This document shows positions 56,995-64,000 of a DNA stretch of 64,000 bases, in pieces. This DNA is from an uncultured Candidatus Saccharibacteria bacterium (lineage in GTDB: Bacteria > Patescibacteriota > Saccharimonadia > Saccharimonadales > AWTP1-31), in contig CAZIBG010000002.1 in the NCBI GenBank assembly GCA_964536985.1, forward strand, positions 18,738-82,737, written 5' to 3'. The position numbers were made by a program, and so were the translations under genes. The notes beneath the pieces were generated by a model. That model did no database searches. It was not told where the DNA came from and saw only the letters and a program-made list of their open reading frames with translations. Each line of letters starts with the position of its first letter. Within the stretch, counting starts at the first letter, position 1.

Positions 56995-59195
56995 AGCTTT
57001 TCCAGCGGTGCAAATGCCACGTTAAGTTTTTTAGATCCCTTGCCTTTAAAATAGATAACCGCGCTATCGCCGTCAATCTCCATTACCTGACCCTCACCAA
57101 AAACGGTATGTCTGACAGAATCTCCTTCGTTAAGCTCAACAACATATCTTGGCTCATCACTTACGGGGTGGTTGAATGCATTGGGATCAGGTGCAGATGC
57201 CGTTTGATTATACCGGTCATAGCCATTCATCATAGCCGAATTACTATAGATATCATTATTACCTTTGTCCTGGAATTCGCCGTCTATCTCACTCAGGAAG
57301 CGAGAGGGAGGATTGTGCTGTACGCCGCCGTATAATACTCGGCTACTTGCGTAAAGCATGTGCAGCTCTTCGCGCGCTCTCGTCATGCCGACATAACAAA
57401 GCCTGCGCTCTTCTTCCATTTCGTGCTGATCATAAAGGGCCCGGGAATGGGGAAATATAGTCTCTTCCATTCCTACCATAAAGACTGCGGGGAACTCTAG
57501 ACCTTTGGCCGAGTGAAGCGTCATGAGTGTAACAACGTTGCTTCCAAACTCAACATTGTCTAGATCGCTTACCAGGGCAACTTCTTCTAGGAACCCGTCC
57601 AAACCAACATCCTGGTACTCCTGAGCAACACTAATAAGTTCCTGAACATTCTCTTGGCGTGACTCGCCCTGTGCTGTCCCATCATCCAGAAAATGAAGAT
57701 AATCGATGCGACGTATCAATGAATCAATTAGACCAGCTACGGTTGAGTCGTCTAACACTGCTCGTAAGCTAACCAGCACGTCACCAAGCTCGCTCAGTGC
57801 CTTGCGAGCCTTGGGTGTCACCACCGAGCACTGTTCTGACTGCACAAGCGCCTGATTAAGTGTCAGGCCTTGTGCGGTTTGCCACCCAAAAAAGTTTTCT
57901 AAAGATTTCTTGCCGATACCACGCGCCGGTACGTTGACAATACGTTCAAAGCTGACTCGATCTTCTGGCTGAAAAACTAAACGTAAATAGGCCATTAGAT
58001 CTTTGACCTCTTTGCGATCATAAAATCGCTGACCGCCAACAATGCGGTAAGGGATACCGTAGTGAACAAAGGCTTCTTCTATGGAACGGCTTTGTGCGTT
58101 AGTGCGGTACAGAACGGCAAAGTCTTTATATTGCCGCAATCCACTGTCGACGCCGTTGCGGACACGCCGTACAACGGCTTCGCCTTCGGCTCGTTCGCCG
58201 TTTACTTGGGAAATCTTAACATGTTGACCATCACCCGCGGCTGTCCAGAGTTTCTTATCACTTCGTTGAGCATTCTTGGTAATGATGGCGTGTGCCGCAT
58301 CAAGAATATGTTTGGTACTTCGATAGTTCTGCTCCAATTTAATAACCGTACAGTTTGGATAGTCACTTTCGAACCTTAAGATATTGCGGAAATCTGCTCC
58401 GCGCCAACTATAAATCGATTGCCAGTCATCGCCAACCACTGCCAAGTTGTTATGGTCGGCCGTTAGCAGCTTAACTAACTGATACTGTGCGCTGTTGGTG
58501 TCCTGGTACTCGTCGATCATGATGTACTTAAACTGAGCTTGCCACTTTTCTCGGATCTCTTGATTGTTTTTAAGCATGTTGACGGTCTTAGCAATAAGAT
58601 CATCAAAATCTAATGCCCCTGCATCCTTAAGTGCTTTTTCATAAGCGGGATAGACTTGTGCCGCGGCCATAGCAGCCGGCCCACTGGCAGTACTAGAATA
58701 CTGACTTGGCCCGATCATTTCGTTCTTTGCACTACTGATCATTCCGCTAACCATCCTGGCCGGAAAAAGTTTTTCGTCTATGTGTAATTCTCGACTGGCT
58801 CGCTTAATAGCAGTTTGCCTATCTGATTCATCAAAGATAACAAAAGTTCTAGGTAATCCAGCATACTCGCTATCCTGACGAAGCAAGCGAACACATATAG
58901 AGTGAAATGTCCCCATGTATGGCATAAATGAGCGATTCTGGGCATTCTCGCCCAGTAACTTAGCAACACGCTCACGCATTTCTTTAGCAGCCTTATTGGT
59001 AAAAGTAACCGATAAGATGTTATACGGAGTGGCTTTGTGACTTGAAATAATATGGGCAATACGGTGCGTCAGCACCATAGTTTTACCGCTCCCTGCCCCA
59101 GCCTGAATCAACAGAGGTCCTTCGGTAGTTTGGACGGCACGTTTTTGCTCGGGGTTTAACCCTTCTAGTAGATCTGTTTTTGCTTCAAAAGGCAT
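56991..59195 (-). CDS. pcrA: PcrA/UvrD helicase
   Basis: 'AGAGSGKT', 'DEYQD', 'VGDDWQSIY', 'HSAKGLEF', 'YVGMTRA'. Confidence 0.96.
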   Translation of the reverse strand: MPFEAKTDLLEGLNPEQKRAVQTTEGPLLIQAGAGSGKTMVLTHRIAHIISSHKATPYNILSVTFTNKAAKEMRERVAKLLGENAQNRSFMPYMGTFHSICVRLLRQDSEYAGLPRTFVIFDESDRQTAIKRASRELHIDEKLFPARMVSGMISSAKNEMIGPSQYSSTASGPAAMAAAQVYPAYEKALKDAGALDFDDLIAKTVNMLKNNQEIREKWQAQFKYIMIDEYQDTNSAQYQLVKLLTADHNNLAVVGDDWQSIYSWRGADFRNILRFESDYPNCTVIKLEQNYRSTKHILDAAHAIITKNAQRSDKKLWTAAGDGQHVKISQVNGERAEGEAVVRRVRNGVDSGLRQYKDFAVLYRTNAQSRSIEEAFVHYGIPYRIVGGQRFYDRKEVKDLMAYLRLVFQPEDRVSFERIVNVPARGIGKKSLENFFGWQTAQGLTLNQALVQSEQCSVVTPKARKALSELGDVLVSLRAVLDDSTVAGLIDSLIRRIDYLHFLDDGTAQGESRQENVQELISVAQEYQDVGLDGFLEEVALVSDLDNVEFGSNVVTLMTLHSAKGLEFPAVFMVGMEETIFPHSRALYDQHEMEEERRLCYVGMTRAREELHMLYASSRVLYGGVQHNPPSRFLSEIDGEFQDKGNNDIYSNSAMMNGYDRYNQTASAPDPNAFNHPVSDEPRYVVELNEGDSVRHTVFGEGQVMEIDGDSAVIYFKGKGSKKLNVAFAPLEKL

Positions 59196-59234
59196 CTATC
59201 TATTGTACCTCAGATACCGTCGCAGGCTCTTGGA

Positions 59235-60365
59235 TTATTTGTTCAGCTTGAATGACTTGAGCATCTCGGTCACGCGGGCCAGATCTTGCTCGCTGAGCTT
59301 TGTAGCTTGCAAATCTTTATCGACAATCTTGATGTCTACGTATGCATCTTCGCCAAGTGTAAATGAGGTCAGCCCCAGATAGGCACCCATTTCGGACTTA
59401 CCGATTTCTGGCTTAATTTCTCCCTCTGCAGTGGTCGTCCCCTTTTGTGTGACTTCGATTCCTGCGAGAGTATACGGTTCAGTATCCTTGGAGCCCATGT
59501 ATTGATAGGTGCTCAGATAATAATGAACACTTGATGGCCTTCGGCGGCTTTCCGGGAAATTAGCATCAGGCAGTTGTTCGTAGCTGAGAAGTTTGTATGA
59601 ACTACAGAAGTTGCCAGCTTTAAACGGCACATCTTTGGCCTTTGGCGTACAATCACCGCCTCTGCCACCAGGATTAACATTAAATAACAAACTTTGAGTA
59701 CTATTGATGGCAAACGTTAATGTTCCGAGTATTTCTTTGCTATTAAATTCGCTGAGCTCTTTAGAACTATCCAGCTCAGTCGCTTCCCAATCATAAGCAT
59801 TGGTTACCGAGAAATTACCGACTTTACTGGTATACAGCTTTGAGTCAGTCTTTGCTGCGGGCGAAGTTGCAGCTGGCAGGTCATTTGCTGTCGCTGTTTT
59901 AGCATCATTAGCTGACTTATCTTGATCCTTCTTCCACAAGAAGTAGCCACCAGCCGCAGCAGCGATTAAAAGTATAACCAAGAATATAGCTACGAACTTC
60001 TTCTTACCCTTGCCATGGCTGCCGACGTGCCCAAAGAAAGCCTCTTGATGGCTCAACTTATGCACCGGCTCAGATACATTAGCTGTTTGTGGAGAAGGTG
60101 CAGGAACGGTAGGTATGAGAGCTTCCAACTTTTCTTCAAAATCTGTTACCGGGGCGGGTGGAGCCGTTGGCTCGGCAACTTGTTCTGGTTGAGCTTCTGG
60201 CTCGGGCGCTACAGGTGGGGGTGCGATTGGATTGCTTGGCGCAGCTGGCGCGAACATCGGATCGGATGTAACTGGTTGGTTTGAGGTTATAGTAGATCGA
60301 CTATTCGGAGCAGCTGGTGCGGTTCCGGGTTTACTGATATCAAAAAATCGTTTTGGTCCGTCCAT
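59235..60365 (-). CDS. Hypothetical membrane protein (Pro-rich N-terminus, TM, extracellular domain)
   Basis: GGAG RBS before ATG 60365, which overlaps the tpiA stop. Confidence 0.7.
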   Translation of the reverse strand: MDGPKRFFDISKPGTAPAAPNSRSTITSNQPVTSDPMFAPAAPSNPIAPPPVAPEPEAQPEQVAEPTAPPAPVTDFEEKLEALIPTVPAPSPQTANVSEPVHKLSHQEAFFGHVGSHGKGKKKFVAIFLVILLIAAAAGGYFLWKKDQDKSANDAKTATANDLPAATSPAAKTDSKLYTSKVGNFSVTNAYDWEATELDSSKELSEFNSKEILGTLTFAINSTQSLLFNVNPGGRGGDCTPKAKDVPFKAGNFCSSYKLLSYEQLPDANFPESRRRPSSVHYYLSTYQYMGSKDTEPYTLAGIEVTQKGTTTAEGEIKPEIGKSEMGAYLGLTSFTLGEDAYVDIKIVDKDLQATKLSEQDLARVTEMLKSFKLNK

Positions 60366-61156
60366 TACTGTTCTCCCCTTTCGGTTTGTAGTCGATATGC
60401 TGCGTCGCAAATACCACTAAACTTTTCATAATTTAGACTTGCGCTGCCAATGAGTGCGCCATCACAGCCTTCCAACTCTAGGTATCCCCGTACTATCTGG
60501 TTATCGACACTTCCTCCATATAATAAGCGGAATGCTTTGGCGGCAGATGGACCATACAAGTCTTTAACCTGTGCTCGGATGAAGTTAAGTGTTTCCTGGA
60601 CGTCGCTCGGCTTAGCCAAAGTGCCCCCGAATGTACTGATAGCCCAGACGGGCTCGTAGGCAATAACCAATTCCTTAACTTGTGATGAAGTTACGTTGCT
60701 GAGAGCCGTTACGATCTGGTCGTGCAATACCTGGCGAGTCTCGCCTGCTTTATGTTCAACTTCAGTTTCTCCGATACAAATGATAGGTGTTATATCATTC
60801 CTTAAAGCGGCAGCAACTTTATCACGGACAACTTCGAGCGTTTCTCCAAAGTAAATCCTTCGCTCAGAGTGACCTATAATTACGTAATGCACCAAGTCTT
60901 GCAGCATCGTGAAAGACACTTCGCCCGTAAAAGCACCCTCGTCTTTGTGATATGCATTTTGAGCCGCTAGCCGAAATTTACGGCGGTCAATCTGGACACT
61001 CATCGGTTGCAAAGACAACATGCTTGGAGCTAGTACTAGCTCGATATCTCGACGAATTCGAATACGTTCATGCAGCCGGTGCACGAGCAAGCTGGATTGC
61101 TGCACGTTGAGATGCATTTTCCAATTTCCCACCAAGAGTATTTTTCTATCTGTCAT
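60365..61156 (-). CDS. tpiA: Triosephosphate isomerase
   Basis: 'GNWKM', 'GHSERR', 'AYEPVWAI', 'LYGGSV'. Confidence 0.95.
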   Translation of the reverse strand: MTDRKILLVGNWKMHLNVQQSSLLVHRLHERIRIRRDIELVLAPSMLSLQPMSVQIDRRKFRLAAQNAYHKDEGAFTGEVSFTMLQDLVHYVIIGHSERRIYFGETLEVVRDKVAAALRNDITPIICIGETEVEHKAGETRQVLHDQIVTALSNVTSSQVKELVIAYEPVWAISTFGGTLAKPSDVQETLNFIRAQVKDLYGPSAAKAFRLLYGGSVDNQIVRGYLELEGCDGALIGSASLNYEKFSGICDAAYRLQTERGEQ

Positions 61157-61208
61157 AATGCTTATGTTACACCCAGTATAGAATAGATGCACTAAAGTAG
61201 AAAGTACT

Positions 61209-61934
61209 TTAACTAACGCTATATGAGATACGTAAGGTTTCTGGTCCGGCCTTAATCTTACGAATTACTTCGGGTCCAATATCACGAAGCTTGGCAACAT
61301 GTGTTCCGCCGCATGGTACGCCAAAGTCGCCATATAATACGACTCGGCTTGGCTTGTCCTTTGGCAAGTAGTCGGGCACATGTCTACACAAATTAGCCAT
61401 CTCTTCCTTAGACACAAATTTAATCGTGGTTGATATGTCTCGTTCTTGGATCTCGGCAATTTTATCTGAAAGCTTTTTAATTACGTCATCCTTTTCCTCA
61501 TTCCCCAAGGACCCTAAGTATTCTACGTATGAGCCTTCAGGAAAGTGATAACCCTTGCCCGGAATCCAGTCATATCCTAGTTCGTTAACAGCCATATCGA
61601 GCAAGTGGCCACCAGAGTGGACACGAGTGTTGAGCTCACGTCGCTCACGATCTACACTGCAGGTAACATCTTCGCCGGTCATAAATGGCTGACCCTCGAA
61701 TCGCCCGATGTGATGGACGATCCCTTCTGCAAACCTGACCTCTTCAACTAAAAATTTGGTTGATCCAGCAGTTATGATCCCGGTGTCGTAGGGCTGTCCA
61801 CCACCCTGTGGGTAAAAAACAGTCTGATCAAGAAAAACAACTGTTTTGCCATCTTTTTGCTCGACGGCCTCAACAAACGCCTCGCATTCTAGTTGTTGCA
61901 TATCTTCCATGTACAGTAGTTTGGTGTGTTCCAT
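61209..61934 (-). CDS. AlaX-type trans-editing tRNA deacylase
   Basis: 'TVFYPQGGGQPYDTG', 'HSGGHL', 'CGGTHV'. Confidence 0.9.
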   Translation of the reverse strand: MEHTKLLYMEDMQQLECEAFVEAVEQKDGKTVVFLDQTVFYPQGGGQPYDTGIITAGSTKFLVEEVRFAEGIVHHIGRFEGQPFMTGEDVTCSVDRERRELNTRVHSGGHLLDMAVNELGYDWIPGKGYHFPEGSYVEYLGSLGNEEKDDVIKKLSDKIAEIQERDISTTIKFVSKEEMANLCRHVPDYLPKDKPSRVVLYGDFGVPCGGTHVAKLRDIGPEVIRKIKAGPETLRISYSVS

Positions 61935-61982
61935 AGTTTCTCCGTTTGATTAATGTAAGTATACCAGTGCTACACTACTGAT

Positions 61983-62456
61983 ATGAAACCAAACGAATCT
62001 TCAGATATCCACATAAAATCAAGTCGAATAGTATATGGGAGTCGTTTTCTGATTGCGATTTGCATGCTGAGTGTCGCGGGTTATTTCTTTTTCAGAGACA
62101 ACCCTGATTTGTTCTTTGCTGTCATGTATGCAGGTACTGGATTCTTTTTATTAATCGTATCTGCACTGAGTAAACGAGTCTTCGTTAGAAGTAAGGGTGA
62201 AAAATTAATAGTTCAAACCCTAATGACACAACGTGCTGTTGATATCAGCAAACTAACCGATGCTAGCTTTCTGCCGGGTAGAAATGGTGGATTAATAATA
62301 TTGAAGAATTCCGACAATCAAGTACTTAAGATTGTCACTATTTTTAGCAAAATAGACACTGTTGATCTGTTTAGATACTTACAAACCTACGTTACAAAGC
62401 CTGGTGTTGCTCGAAATAGTGCATACGACCAAAGAGTGGCTAAACTCGGTATTTAA
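61983..62456 (+). CDS. Hypothetical two-TM protein with a PH-like soluble domain
   Basis: Two TM segments followed by a beta-rich region. Confidence 0.6.
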   Translation: MKPNESSDIHIKSSRIVYGSRFLIAICMLSVAGYFFFRDNPDLFFAVMYAGTGFFLLIVSALSKRVFVRSKGEKLIVQTLMTQRAVDISKLTDASFLPGRNGGLIILKNSDNQVLKIVTIFSKIDTVDLFRYLQTYVTKPGVARNSAYDQRVAKLGI

Positions 62457-63739
62457 GCGTCTTGGAGCGCTTCGACACCTGGAAGTTTTTTACCGGACAT
62501 CAGTTCAAGGCCTGCACCTCCACCTGTTGAAACGTGATCAAAGCTATCGGTTAACTTACGCGATTCAACGTAACCAACCGTATCGCCTCCGCCCACAACG
62601 CTGAAGGGTCTATGGCCATACGTACCGAGGATTGCGTCGACAAGTATTTCGGTTCCATGGGCGAATGGTCCAACTGGACCGTGCACGGCTTTAGTTTCCG
62701 TAACACCCAATGCGCCGTTCCAGATAACCGTATTTGCTAGCTGTAAGCTTCCTGCAACAAAAGCTCCAGAGAAAGGGCCAATATCCAAAATCATCTCGTC
62801 GGCCTGGATTTGGCTGGCTTTGCGTGGAGGCTTTCCGGGGTAACTTTCGACGTCGGCGATTACATGGGCATCCCAGTCAACAATACGAGTAGTAGTTTTG
62901 GAGTCTATTTTGCTAGAGACAATTCCGTCCTGAGGTAGGTAGAACACAAAGGGTCGCTTCTTAGCCTCTTTGCGGGCGGCGTCCATAATTTCGCGGGCCA
63001 ACGGAAGATCTTCTTTATCTACCAGGCTTTTGCCTACTTCGATTCCTTCGGCAAGCAGAAAGGTGTTAGCCATAGCACCACCAACAATCACAAAGTCAGC
63101 AATGGTTATAAACTTATTGAGGATTCCGATTTTGTCGGCAATCTTAGCGCCTCCGACCACAGCTAGTAGTGGACGCTGAGGCTTAGCCATAACATTGGTA
63201 ATGGTATCTACTTCTTTCTCGAGAAGTAATCCTGCAACGCTTGGCAGGAACTTAGTAACTGCGCTAGTGCTGGCATGCGCTCGGTGCACTACACCAAACC
63301 CATCTTGCACAAATATGTCGGCATAACTTGCCAGCCTTTTAGCGAAGTCAGCGTTATTAGCTTCTTCTTCTGGATGGTACCGGAGGTTTTCTAGCATTAA
63401 GACCTCGCCGGCCTTAAGTTTAGTAGCGGCGATAATAGTGTCGTCCGCTACGCAGTCATCAGCAAATTGCACGGGCACATCGAGTAGCTTAGACAATCGC
63501 TTAGCAACTGGTTTAAGCGAACAGCTTTTGTCGTTTGGCCCCTTAGGTCGTCCAAGATGGCTACAAATAATAACCTTGCAGCCTTGCTTTAATAGATACT
63601 GTACCGTCGGAAGTGACTGAGTAATACGGTAATCGTCGCTAATCGTTCCGTCCGGGTTTACCGGCACATTGTAGTCTGCTCGCAGCAAGACTGTTTTGCC
63701 CTTGATTTCGATGTCACGGATTGTTTTTTTAGTAAACAT
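62453..63739 (-). CDS. pgk: Phosphoglycerate kinase
   Basis: 'RADYNVP', 'SHLGRP', 'LENLRY', 'GGAKIADKI', 'HVSTGGGA'. Confidence 0.97.
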   Translation of the reverse strand: MFTKKTIRDIEIKGKTVLLRADYNVPVNPDGTISDDYRITQSLPTVQYLLKQGCKVIICSHLGRPKGPNDKSCSLKPVAKRLSKLLDVPVQFADDCVADDTIIAATKLKAGEVLMLENLRYHPEEEANNADFAKRLASYADIFVQDGFGVVHRAHASTSAVTKFLPSVAGLLLEKEVDTITNVMAKPQRPLLAVVGGAKIADKIGILNKFITIADFVIVGGAMANTFLLAEGIEVGKSLVDKEDLPLAREIMDAARKEAKKRPFVFYLPQDGIVSSKIDSKTTTRIVDWDAHVIADVESYPGKPPRKASQIQADEMILDIGPFSGAFVAGSLQLANTVIWNGALGVTETKAVHGPVGPFAHGTEILVDAILGTYGHRPFSVVGGGDTVGYVESRKLTDSFDHVSTGGGAGLELMSGKKLPGVEALQDA

Positions 63740-63784
63740 ATACTTGAATTTTAACCATTAGCGTTTACTTTGACCAGGCCAATC

Positions 63785-64000
63785 TTAAAATGCCGGCCTA
63801 TACCAACCTGCGATTCCAAACACAAAACCACTCGAAACTAAACGCTTTTGAGGCATGCTTAGACAAAATTCACACTGCCCCTCTTCATAGTCTAAATAGC
63901 CAACTCGATAGTAGTAGCCAACTGGCAATGGTATGGTAGTGATCTCCGAGTCATAGCCGTATTTTGTGCGAATCTTTGTATTCACATTTGAGATTAATGC
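63785..64000 (-). CDS. Hypothetical protein (5' end outside window)
   Basis: Reading frame stays open to the window edge. Confidence 0.4.
   Translation of the reverse strand, partial: ALISNVNTKIRTKYGYDSEITTIPLPVGYYYRVGYLDYEEGQCEFCLSMPQKRLVSSGFVFGIAGWYRPAF

Overview
This window is bacterial chromosomal DNA whose gene set points to Patescibacteria/CPR, most likely Saccharibacteria. That assignment is an inference from the short AlaS, the FtsA-like/baseplate-J-like/YqgF/MltG/LysM operon, the orphan AtpH-like gene and the long tmRNA tag. Most of it is housekeeping (trhO, rplY, uvrA, sbcB, class II photolyase, obgE, alaS, mnmA, iscS, tatD, metG, ksgA, pcrA, tpiA, pgk, ssrA), with accessory patches between. 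The notable features are non-coding. (1) Five copies of a c-di-GMP-II-fold riboswitch-like RNA (four distinct sequences, with covarying pseudoknots), each with its own sigma70-like promoter, lie in front of ORFan membrane or secreted proteins; one copy has a readable terminator/antiterminator platform. (2) A trp-style attenuator with a leaderless Arg-containing leader peptide precedes a GNAT + argH operon. (3) A 4238-bp tandem duplication has its breakpoint inside one of the riboswitches, and may be real amplification or mis-assembly. (4) An HNH endonuclease gene sits between tmRNA and a foreign-looking ssrA 3' fragment. (5) Many genes appear leaderless, with a -10 box 6-8 nt before ATG. (6) A TAACAGnGGT motif recurs in intergenic DNA. 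All family assignments come from motif recognition by eye; no database searches were run.
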